Part shown: one piece after another, positions 9,588 through 18,464 of the stretch
How positions within the stretch are numbered: position 1 is the first letter of the stretch
How the letters are laid out: the number at the start of each line of letters is the position of its first letter
Assembly: GCA_949297145.1 (NCBI GenBank)
Contig: CASFQO010000008.1
Location: 46,766-110,765 of the forward strand
Direction of reading: 5' to 3'
DNA length: 64,000 nucleotides
Source: an uncultured Alphaproteobacteria bacterium
GTDB taxonomy: Bacteria; Pseudomonadota; Alphaproteobacteria; RF32; CAG-239
Notes under the pieces: generated by a model
Databases searched by the model: none
Told to the model about the DNA's origin: nothing
Seen by the model: only the letters and a program-made list of their open reading frames with translations
Translations under genes and position numbers: made by a program

Positions 9588-11546
9588 ATGATGAAAAAAG
9601 TGAACATATTATCTGTAATGTTGGTATATTTGGGGATGCTAATGGCATCAGCTCAAGCTCAAGTGACAAAAGATAATCTGGATCAAAATGCAGATCAGAG
9701 TCAAGGAAACTATGCCGCAACCAATTTAAATTATTTAGGAGGTGTAGGGTCCTTAGGTATGATGCAAAGTGCATGGAAAGATCCTTTACAGCATATGGGA
9801 GAAGGACAAACTCGTCCAGGTTATACAAAATATTATTGGACACCAGAACTTGTCTTGCCTGTCAGAGTTAGAGAAGGTATGTATACCCTAATAAATTTTC
9901 CAAACTGGGAAGTGATTGAAAATGTCTACATAGGTGATGGACAATCATTTAATGCGGAAATACAAGGTCCATCAAGTTTGATGGTTTATCCTGATTCTTC
10001 GCAGTTTGTTGGTGTAGATACTAATATGATTGTCTTTGGTCGTTCTGGAAATAAATATGTTTTTTATGTTCAAAGTGAAACAGTTAATACAGATAGAATT
10101 ACAAATGCTATAATAGATATTGAAGTTGTGAAAAAAAGACAAAATGTTTCTGGTGCGTCAGCTATGGGGATAGGCACCGGAGGCGGTAATGGGCATATCA
10201 ATGCAAATACTTATGGGCAGAATGGAAGTAGTGTAGATGCAACATTTACAAGAGATTTACAAAAGGAAGACTGGATTGAAAAAATTCCGGTAGACCCGAC
10301 ACAGTTTCGTTTTGATATAGAAGTATATGTTCCCAATCCCGATGACATTGTTATAGCTCCAGAACGTGTTTGGAGAGATAATATTTTCACGTATATTGAT
10401 TTAGGAGATAAAGCGCTGACAGCAAACCAACGACCGATTGTAACTTTAATCGTAGAACGTTCAGAAACACCCGTTGGTTTTAGAACAGCAGGCCCAAATA
10501 ATCGTCTCATTATTGTAGAAGGCATGGGAGATATGGTTTTGCGTAGCGGAAAAAGAATTGTTTGCTTAAAATTAAGGCGCGCAGATTCGGATGGTTTGGA
10601 AAATACAGTTTATGCGAAGACAAATGAGTGGGATTTACAAGCTCAGCGCTACCAAAATCAGTCTTCAAGTACAGGAGAACCTGCTGAAAATTATGAAGAT
10701 GTTTATGGAAAAGAAACATCAGCTGATAATAAAAAAGATTCTTTCTTTGGTATTAATTCATTCTTTGGACCATCAGAAACTGCAACATCCTCGAAAGCAG
10801 AAACAGACAGTGGTATGAGCTATGAAGATATGATCAGTGGAAAACAATCTACGACGCCGCAAAACGAGGTTAAGTCCGAACCAAAAGAAAATAACCAAAA
10901 CAAGGTATCAGAGCCGTCAACTACAGATAAAGAAGCTTTGATAAATTCGATTCCAAAAGCGAAAACATATGTGGCTACACCGAATTCGGCTCCAAGTACG
11001 CCAGAATTGACAGGCCAATATGATGTAAATGCAAATGGAGCAGAATTAGTAACGCCTCAGTATGGTAATAAAAAAGAGGATACCATAACATACCAAAAGG
11101 ATGAACAACAAAGCTTGCAAAATTCTAACGTTGCTCCAAAACTTGGTAATTCTAGCAATAACTCTAGTCCTGTTTTGATTACACCAAAGGATGAAAATTT
11201 GGCCAAACAGAACTCTTTGGTTTCTGCGGAAACAGAAGCTCTCTTGAAAGAATTCAGGGACGGAAAGGTTTTTGAAAATACAGATGAAAGTAATATTTCT
11301 ATAGAATTAGGAACAGATAAAGACGTAAATAATCTGGAAAAATTATGGAATGATATTTCTAAAAATTACTCAGCAACATTGGGTAGATATCAACCATTTT
11401 ATTCTGTAGATACACCGGCAGACGGTCAAGGAAAAGAGGTCTTTCACCTGCGAGTAGGACCTGTAAAATCTCTGGAAGAAGGAGATAATATTTGCAGCCA
11501 ATTAGGGCGTAATGGAATATTTTGTAGTGTGGTTAGAATACAATGA
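9588..11546 (+). CDS. virB9: VirB9-like T4SS outer-membrane core protein, extended by a ~250-aa S/T/N/Q-rich low-complexity linker and a C-terminal SPOR-like peptidoglycan-binding domain
   Basis: Signal peptide MMKKVNILSVMLVYLGMLMASAQA; VirB9/TrbG/CagX-like beta-rich core approx aa 75-330 (…RFDIEVYVPNPDDIVIAPERVW…IVCLKLR); C-terminus …FHLRVGPVKSLEEGDNICSQLGRNGIFCSVVRI matches the SPOR consensus. Confidence 0.75.
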   Translation: MMKKVNILSVMLVYLGMLMASAQAQVTKDNLDQNADQSQGNYAATNLNYLGGVGSLGMMQSAWKDPLQHMGEGQTRPGYTKYYWTPELVLPVRVREGMYTLINFPNWEVIENVYIGDGQSFNAEIQGPSSLMVYPDSSQFVGVDTNMIVFGRSGNKYVFYVQSETVNTDRITNAIIDIEVVKKRQNVSGASAMGIGTGGGNGHINANTYGQNGSSVDATFTRDLQKEDWIEKIPVDPTQFRFDIEVYVPNPDDIVIAPERVWRDNIFTYIDLGDKALTANQRPIVTLIVERSETPVGFRTAGPNNRLIIVEGMGDMVLRSGKRIVCLKLRRADSDGLENTVYAKTNEWDLQAQRYQNQSSSTGEPAENYEDVYGKETSADNKKDSFFGINSFFGPSETATSSKAETDSGMSYEDMISGKQSTTPQNEVKSEPKENNQNKVSEPSTTDKEALINSIPKAKTYVATPNSAPSTPELTGQYDVNANGAELVTPQYGNKKEDTITYQKDEQQSLQNSNVAPKLGNSSNNSSPVLITPKDENLAKQNSLVSAETEALLKEFRDGKVFENTDESNISIELGTDKDVNNLEKLWNDISKNYSATLGRYQPFYSVDTPADGQGKEVFHLRVGPVKSLEEGDNICSQLGRNGIFCSVVRIQ

Positions 11547-14500
11547 GCGAGAATACTCGGTTTGAAGAATATGAGAGAAAAACCCGTAAGATAATTTTCA
11601 TCATAGGAATTATCGCGTTCTTTTTCTTTCTGTTTGGACTATTAGTAATATCATCAGAGACTGAGGTCTACAATCCGGAAGAAGCTACCCCTGACTTTGT
11701 AGAAAATCAAAACATACTACCTGAAATAACAACAGATACAGGGCCTATATTTGTTGACACAGAAGCCACAACAGGAGAAAGTAAAAATAAACCCATAAAA
11801 GTTACACCTGCACAGATAAATATGAATAAATTTATTTTAGGTGTAGATACGCAAAACCAAAGTGTTCTAACAATTGGAACAGATGGTAGTGAAAGTATTC
11901 ATATAGAACGTGTTGAATTGGTGGAAGAAACTGAAGACGGATTTGAATTTCGTGATAAATGCAGAAACAGAGATTTGCGAGGAGATGAAACATGTAACGT
12001 CTTGATCACCTGGGTTCCACATCTTCCGGGTAACGTGCAGAATAATTTTAAAATAATATGGTACGAGACGCGCTTGGATAAATCAAGTGCAAAATCTGAA
12101 GAGGTGAGCATTAAAGGGAGTGCAGTTTATCCTGAGGACAACCAACAAAATTGTCCACCAGGAAGCGGTTGCGCAATTGGCGAAGGAGAAAGTACTGGTG
12201 CACATCGATTAGCAATAGGACCTAATGGAGAAATAATAGGATATATAGACGAAGCAGGAAATGTACACGATAATGAGGGAAATATTATCGGTCGTGTCAA
12301 TGAAGACGGATTGATTGTCGATTCTGACGGCAATATTATTGGTGTAGCCCAAAATATGAAGTTAGCTTATGATAAAGATGGTAATATAATCGGATATGTA
12401 AAAACGGACGGAACAGTTGTTGATCTGCAAGGTGAAGTAATCGGAAAAGCATTACCAGATGGTACGATTGTTAACAGCAAAGGAGAAATCATCGGCAAAG
12501 CTGTTGAAGCAGGATTTGTATATGATAAAAATGGCAAAATTATAGGTCGCGTGCTACCGGATGGAACAGTTGTCGATATAAATGACCCCAAGAAAATCAT
12601 CGGTCGACTAAATGAAAATGGTGAGGTTGTAGACGAAAACGGCAATGTAATAGGCAAAGTTACCTCAGCTGGGAACATCGTTGTAGATGAAAATGGTAAT
12701 GTATTAGGTGTTGTTATGCCAGATAATAGCGTTGTAGACCAAGATGGCAATATTGTTGGCTATGTTGACGAAAATGGCAATGTTTACAAACTTGCAAAGG
12801 AAAAAATCGGCACAAATGGAGAAAGTCGGAAAATCGTGTATGACAAAGATGGTAAAGCCATCGGTTATATCGATGAAAATGGCAAAGTTGTTAAATTTGC
12901 AAAAGATAGCAATAAACCGGAAATAATTGGAAAAGTTGGGGCTAGCCGCCGGTTAGCCTATGATAAGAATGGCAATGTAATCGGCTATGTAGATAAAGAT
13001 GGTACAGTAAAGGATTTTAAGGGAAATACAATAGGCAAAGTCGATAAAGACGGAAATATAATAGATAAAAACGGCAATAAGATAGGCAAGGCCGGGGCTT
13101 TTGGTAAGTTGGCATTGGATAAAAACGGAAAAGTCATAGGGTATATTGATGACCAAGGCCGCGTATTTGACCATAATGGAAAGCATATCGGCAATGTCGA
13201 TAAAAATGGTAACATTGTAAAATTAGCTGAAAATGGCAATAAAGGGGAAGTAATAGGAAAATCTGGAGAAAGTCGCAGATTGGCCTTTGATAAAAATGGT
13301 AACGTTATCGGATACGTAGATAAAGATGGCACGGTAAAAGATTTTAAGGGAAACACAATAGGCAAAGTCGATAAAGATGGAAATATAATAGATAAAAACG
13401 GTAATAAGATAGGAAAAGTGAGCTCATATGGTAGATTAGCACTAGATGAAAATGGAAAAGTCATAGGGTATATTGATGACCAAGGCCGTGTATTTGACCA
13501 TAACGGGAAACAGATCGGTAACGTTGATAAAGATGGAAATATAATAGATAAAAATGGTAATAAAATTGGGAAATCAGGAGAAAGTCGAGAGTTGGCTTAT
13601 GATAAGAATGGCAATGTAATCGGCTATGTAGATAAAGATGGTACAGTAAAAGATTTTAAGGGAAATACAATAGGCAAAGTCGATAAAGACGGAAATATAA
13701 TAGATAAAAACGGCAATAAGATAGGCAAGGCTGGGGCTTTTGGTAAGTTGGCATTGGATAAAAACGGAAAAGTCATAGGGTATATTGATGACCAAGGCCG
13801 CGTATTTGACCATAATGGAAAGCATATCGGCAATGTCGATAAAAATGGTAATATCATTAGCACGCAACAGAAGAATGTAGCTGGAGAAAAAAAGAGGATA
13901 GCCTTAGGGAAAGACGGTAAGCCAATAGGGTATATAGATGATGATGGAAATGTTATAGATTTTGATGGAAATATCATAGGAAAGGTTAATGACAAAGGGG
14001 AAATTATAGGCAAGAATGGGCAAAAAATTGGTACTGCAGGAAATTATGAAACAGTTGCATATGATAAAAATGGCAAAGTAATAGGTTTCGTCGATGATAA
14101 AGGTCGTGTTGTTGGTAAAAATGGCAAATTACTTGGTTATGTTGACGACAAAGGGCAAATTATAGGGACAACAGGCGAGATAATTGGTAAAGTAGGAACA
14201 TCAAGAGAAATAGCCTATGATAACAATGGAAAATTTATCGGCTATGTAGACCAAGATGGCTCTGTGAAAGGCTGTGGTGGAGCAGTAATTGGTAAAAAAG
14301 ATAGTTCTGGAAATGTTATAGATAAAAATGGTAAAATTATCGGCAAAGTAGGTGGAATAAAAGAGTTAGCCTTTAATAATGAAGGAATTTTTATTGGCTA
14401 TATAGATGAAAAAAAACGAGTCATAGATTGTGAAGGCACAGCAATAGGTGTTGTGGATAAAAATGGTAATATTATAGCATCAAGTGGAGAAACGTTAGGA

Positions 14501-17500
14501 ACCGCAGGAACGTTTAAGCGCTTAGCCTATGATAAAAATGGAAAAGTCATTGGTTACGTAACGCCAGATGGTACAGTAAAAGATTTTAAGGGTAACTTGA
14601 TTGGACGTATGACTGAAGATGGAACGATTCTTGATAAAAATGGTCGTGTGATTGGTAAAGCTGGAGATTACAAACAGGTAGCGACAGACAAAAATGGTAA
14701 TGTTATCGGCTATGTGGATGAAAATGGTCGTGTTATAGATGAAAATGGCAAACTGATAGGCTTTATAGACAATGAAGGTAATGTCATTAAAGCAGGAACA
14801 AAGGTAATAGGTAGAACTTGTATTAAAAGAAAAATTATAAAAAACAAAAAGGGAAATATAATCGGATATCTGGATAAAAATAACATTGTAAAAAATTTTA
14901 GCAATAAAGTGCTTGGCACAAATAAAAATGGAGACATTCTAGATAATAAGGAATTGCTAATAGGTACGGTAAGCGAACTCCAAAATGTTGTACAAAAGGA
15001 AGCTGGAAATATCATAGGGTATTTAGATGCAAAAAACTATGTTAGAGGCGATGAAAATAAAATAATAGGAATTGTAGATGTAAAGGGAGACGTTTTAGCT
15101 GCAAAAGAAAATATAATTGGAAAATTAGACACAGATAGAAAAACCCTGAAAGACAATGGTAATAATATTATAGGCTACATGAAAGAGAATAATTTTGCTT
15201 TCAGTACTGATAATAAGCTAATGGGCTATGTAACGGAAGATAATGAAGTGAAAGCCGTTGGAGAAGTGATCTGTACTGCATGCAAAAGTGTCAAGTTGGC
15301 ATATGATGAAAATGGTAATATATTAGGATATATCGATGAAAATGGCAATGTAATAGATGAAAATGGTAAGATTGTCGGCAAGGTAGATGAAAACGGCAAT
15401 GTGATAAATGAAAACGGAAAAATTATCGGAAAAGTCGGAGATGCCCAAAATTTGGCCTATGATAAAGATGGAAAACTTATAGGATTCGTAGATAAGGACG
15501 GAAAAGTAAAAGATTTTAAGGGAAATGTAATAGGATATGTCGATGAAAATGGAAATATTCTTGAGAATACGAATGAAATAATAGGCAGTGTTGGAAAAAA
15601 TGGTAAATTAGCCTATGATAAAAATGGAAAAGTCATTGGTTACGTCGATAAAGATGGTAATGTCCGTGACTTTAAAGGCAATTTAATCGGAAAAGCTACA
15701 AAAGATGGTAAAATAATAGATCAGTATGGCCGTGAAATAGGAAAAGTTGGTGATACTAAAACATTAGCACTGGATAAAAATGGAAATGTAATAGGCTATG
15801 TCGGTGAAGATGGAAAGGTCTACGGTGAAAAAGGAGATTTGATAGGATTTCTGGATAATGACGGTAATGTTGTTGGTTTAACCGATGAAGTACTAGGCAA
15901 AGCCTCTACAAATCGTCAATTAGCACTTGATAAAAATGGAAATGTAATAGGATACATAGATGAAGACGGTACTGTTCGTGATTTTGAAGGAAAGCTGCTA
16001 GGGTATTTAGGCGAAGATGGAAGTATAAACGATATAAATGGCAATATTATTGGAAAAGCGGGCGATTATGCAAAAGTTGTTCTCGATAAGAATGGTAACA
16101 TAATAGGTTACACAGATGAACAAGGAAAAGTAATTGGAAATAATGGAAAAGTCATTGGTTTTGTAGGAGAAGATGGCAATGTTTATGGAAGCAGTGGTGA
16201 AGTTATTGGCCGACTAGCCGAAAAAGGGGAGGGAGATCTCAAGGTAATCAGTAGAAAATCAGTAATGGATGAAAAAGGTAATATAATTGGTTACATAGAT
16301 GAGAATGGTCTGGCTCGAGATTTTGATGGCAACATTCTGGGAACTCTTCAAGAAGATGGAAGCATTAAAGATAGCAAAGGAAATATAATAGGTCGAGCAG
16401 GAGATAATATTGATTTAACAGTAGATGGAAACGGAAAAATTGTTGGTCGAGTAGGTGATTATTCAAATTTAGCAATTGATGATGAAGGGAACGTTATTGG
16501 TTATATTGGTAACGATGGAAAAGTTTATGATGCAAATGGAATTGTCATTGGCTATATAGATGAAAACGGTAATGTCATTAGTACTAGGGGAATAAGAATT
16601 GGAACAGTTGTTAAAAAGGATATGATAGCTATATCACCAGCAGGATACAGTCTGGGGATTATTAACAATCGAGGTGAAGTTACTAACAATAAAGAGGAAG
16701 TTATCGGCAAAATATTACCAAATTCATTAATAAAAGCAACTGAAGGCGATCAAATAATCGGTAAAACAGTTATCGGAGGAATGGCTATAGGCTGGGGCTG
16801 CCAACATTACGGATATGTAGACAGAGATGCAAGAGTGAAAAAAAATGGAAAAGACACCGGATATAAAATGCTATTTGACAGAACAATTGTAGACAAAGAT
16901 GGCAATTATGTTGGAGATATAGCAAAAGTTGGAGCTGTGCGCGATGAAAAGTGTAACATTATTGGAAAAGCTGAATATGACGGTTATGTAAGAAACGATG
17001 CCGGAGATTATGTCGGTTGTGTAAACCCAGATGGAGGTGTGCTTGATCAAGATGGAAAACTTATAGGAAAGGTCTTTGAACCAGGATATGCACTATATTA
17101 TAGCGGAGAAATGATGGGAATAGTCAATCAAAATGGTTCAATAACATCCGGAACACAAGCTATTGGATGTACGAATTTTGATGGAGAAGTATTAAATAAA
17201 GATGGATTTGTCATTGGACAGGTAATGGATAAAACTCAAGCGTTTGATATTGAAGGGAATTTTATTGATAACCTATCAACATTTAAGTATGATAATACGG
17301 AAATCTTGCCTAATACGAAGATATTATTTAATAAATTCATAGTTAATCCGAAATTGGAAATAAAAGGAATTATATTGCCAGAGAGAAATGTTGTCATAAA
17401 TTCGGATGGAGACGTTATAGGACATCTGTTTGCAGATGGGTATATTTATAATCAAAAGGGAATTGCTGTTGATAAAATAGCATATGAAGGAAGAGCTTTT

Positions 17501-18463
17501 TATTCCCAAAAAGCTGGAAAGATTATGGAGCCTGGAAAAGTAGTTGACTTTAACGGTAACTATATAGGATTGGCAAATGCATCAGGTAAAGTAATAGACG
17601 TACTGGGTACAGAATTAGGCCATATAGATGGAAAAGGACGAATGTTTGATAAAGCAGGAGAATATAAAGGAGGACTGGTTAAAACAGGTGTTGGCATAGG
17701 TTATGATGGATCATATCTCGGATATGTAAGTAAAAGCGGCAAAGTTATAGATGTTGACGGAAATGTGAGTGGAAACGTCAGCTCTGAGGGACATATTTTA
17801 GATGCGAATAAACAAATTGTCGGAGAAGTTATAGCAGAAGACCTGACAATAGATATTCAGGGTAAAGTAAGAGGATATGTAAATGCTTTGGGCGATATTA
17901 TAGATGAAGATGGCAACATCATAACAACTATATTGCCAGGAGGCGCATCAAACAAAAATTATAATGTAATAAAAAGAGGGGTTGTGCTAACTTATTCAGG
18001 AAATGTTTTAGGACAAGTTGTTGCTGATGGAACAGTAATTTCGACAAACAATACTAAGATTGGTCACATATTAAATTCAGGACAAGCTGTTAATGATAAG
18101 GGGGTATTAATAGGAGAAATTGCAGAAGGCGACATCGTAATTGATGAAAAAGATCAAGTTGTAGGCTTCATAAATGCAGAAGGAAAAGTACTGGATAAAA
18201 ATAAGACGGTAATAGGAAAAACCATATCCTCAAATTTAATTGTAGATAACAATGGAAAAATATTGGGATATAGTTATAAAATAGGTGCTAATATACTAGG
18301 AAATGACGGAAAGTTTTTGGGAAGGCTGTCCTCAGATGGGACGATATTCAGCCTGACAAATGGAAAAATTGGATATTTAAAGAGCAACGGCTCATATGTA
18401 AATATTCGAAATCAAGTTTCCGGATATGTATTAGATGAAGTAGCGCAAAACCGGAGGAACTGA
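11543..18463 (+). CDS. Giant (2306 aa) membrane-anchored repeat protein. It has an N-terminal VirB10-like topology (short cytoplasmic tail, one TM, then a periplasmic region). The rest of the protein is an array of >200 copies of a ~10-residue D-x-(D/N)-G-x-(V/I)-I-G-x-V module (about 20-aa double units).
   Basis: TM IIFIIGIIAFFFFLFGLLVISS at aa 17-38; ATGA overlap with virB9 stop; repeat array from about nt 12218 to the end; near-identical DNA-level tandem repeats. Confidence 0.8.
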   Translation: MSENTRFEEYERKTRKIIFIIGIIAFFFFLFGLLVISSETEVYNPEEATPDFVENQNILPEITTDTGPIFVDTEATTGESKNKPIKVTPAQINMNKFILGVDTQNQSVLTIGTDGSESIHIERVELVEETEDGFEFRDKCRNRDLRGDETCNVLITWVPHLPGNVQNNFKIIWYETRLDKSSAKSEEVSIKGSAVYPEDNQQNCPPGSGCAIGEGESTGAHRLAIGPNGEIIGYIDEAGNVHDNEGNIIGRVNEDGLIVDSDGNIIGVAQNMKLAYDKDGNIIGYVKTDGTVVDLQGEVIGKALPDGTIVNSKGEIIGKAVEAGFVYDKNGKIIGRVLPDGTVVDINDPKKIIGRLNENGEVVDENGNVIGKVTSAGNIVVDENGNVLGVVMPDNSVVDQDGNIVGYVDENGNVYKLAKEKIGTNGESRKIVYDKDGKAIGYIDENGKVVKFAKDSNKPEIIGKVGASRRLAYDKNGNVIGYVDKDGTVKDFKGNTIGKVDKDGNIIDKNGNKIGKAGAFGKLALDKNGKVIGYIDDQGRVFDHNGKHIGNVDKNGNIVKLAENGNKGEVIGKSGESRRLAFDKNGNVIGYVDKDGTVKDFKGNTIGKVDKDGNIIDKNGNKIGKVSSYGRLALDENGKVIGYIDDQGRVFDHNGKQIGNVDKDGNIIDKNGNKIGKSGESRELAYDKNGNVIGYVDKDGTVKDFKGNTIGKVDKDGNIIDKNGNKIGKAGAFGKLALDKNGKVIGYIDDQGRVFDHNGKHIGNVDKNGNIISTQQKNVAGEKKRIALGKDGKPIGYIDDDGNVIDFDGNIIGKVNDKGEIIGKNGQKIGTAGNYETVAYDKNGKVIGFVDDKGRVVGKNGKLLGYVDDKGQIIGTTGEIIGKVGTSREIAYDNNGKFIGYVDQDGSVKGCGGAVIGKKDSSGNVIDKNGKIIGKVGGIKELAFNNEGIFIGYIDEKKRVIDCEGTAIGVVDKNGNIIASSGETLGTAGTFKRLAYDKNGKVIGYVTPDGTVKDFKGNLIGRMTEDGTILDKNGRVIGKAGDYKQVATDKNGNVIGYVDENGRVIDENGKLIGFIDNEGNVIKAGTKVIGRTCIKRKIIKNKKGNIIGYLDKNNIVKNFSNKVLGTNKNGDILDNKELLIGTVSELQNVVQKEAGNIIGYLDAKNYVRGDENKIIGIVDVKGDVLAAKENIIGKLDTDRKTLKDNGNNIIGYMKENNFAFSTDNKLMGYVTEDNEVKAVGEVICTACKSVKLAYDENGNILGYIDENGNVIDENGKIVGKVDENGNVINENGKIIGKVGDAQNLAYDKDGKLIGFVDKDGKVKDFKGNVIGYVDENGNILENTNEIIGSVGKNGKLAYDKNGKVIGYVDKDGNVRDFKGNLIGKATKDGKIIDQYGREIGKVGDTKTLALDKNGNVIGYVGEDGKVYGEKGDLIGFLDNDGNVVGLTDEVLGKASTNRQLALDKNGNVIGYIDEDGTVRDFEGKLLGYLGEDGSINDINGNIIGKAGDYAKVVLDKNGNIIGYTDEQGKVIGNNGKVIGFVGEDGNVYGSSGEVIGRLAEKGEGDLKVISRKSVMDEKGNIIGYIDENGLARDFDGNILGTLQEDGSIKDSKGNIIGRAGDNIDLTVDGNGKIVGRVGDYSNLAIDDEGNVIGYIGNDGKVYDANGIVIGYIDENGNVISTRGIRIGTVVKKDMIAISPAGYSLGIINNRGEVTNNKEEVIGKILPNSLIKATEGDQIIGKTVIGGMAIGWGCQHYGYVDRDARVKKNGKDTGYKMLFDRTIVDKDGNYVGDIAKVGAVRDEKCNIIGKAEYDGYVRNDAGDYVGCVNPDGGVLDQDGKLIGKVFEPGYALYYSGEMMGIVNQNGSITSGTQAIGCTNFDGEVLNKDGFVIGQVMDKTQAFDIEGNFIDNLSTFKYDNTEILPNTKILFNKFIVNPKLEIKGIILPERNVVINSDGDVIGHLFADGYIYNQKGIAVDKIAYEGRAFYSQKAGKIMEPGKVVDFNGNYIGLANASGKVIDVLGTELGHIDGKGRMFDKAGEYKGGLVKTGVGIGYDGSYLGYVSKSGKVIDVDGNVSGNVSSEGHILDANKQIVGEVIAEDLTIDIQGKVRGYVNALGDIIDEDGNIITTILPGGASNKNYNVIKRGVVLTYSGNVLGQVVADGTVISTNNTKIGHILNSGQAVNDKGVLIGEIAEGDIVIDEKDQVVGFINAEGKVLDKNKTVIGKTISSNLIVDNNGKILGYSYKIGANILGNDGKFLGRLSSDGTIFSLTNGKIGYLKSNGSYVNIRNQVSGYVLDEVAQNRRN

Positions 18464-18464
18464 G

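Noticed and set aside
12367-15015. Multiple minus-strand ORFs (60-159 aa, rich in P/S/T/F/L) overlapping the repeat region
   Set aside because: They are antisense read-throughs of the highly repetitive, purine-rich + strand coding sequence. They recur with the same period as the + strand repeats and have no starts with an RBS.
11543-18463. Assignment of the repeat protein to the Rhs/YD-repeat toxin or RTX families
   Set aside because: Only occasional x-Y-D-x-x-G matches. There is no Rhs core or C-terminal toxin domain, and the repeat period (~10/20 aa) is not the RTX nonapeptide. The similarity is superficial and the family is treated as novel.
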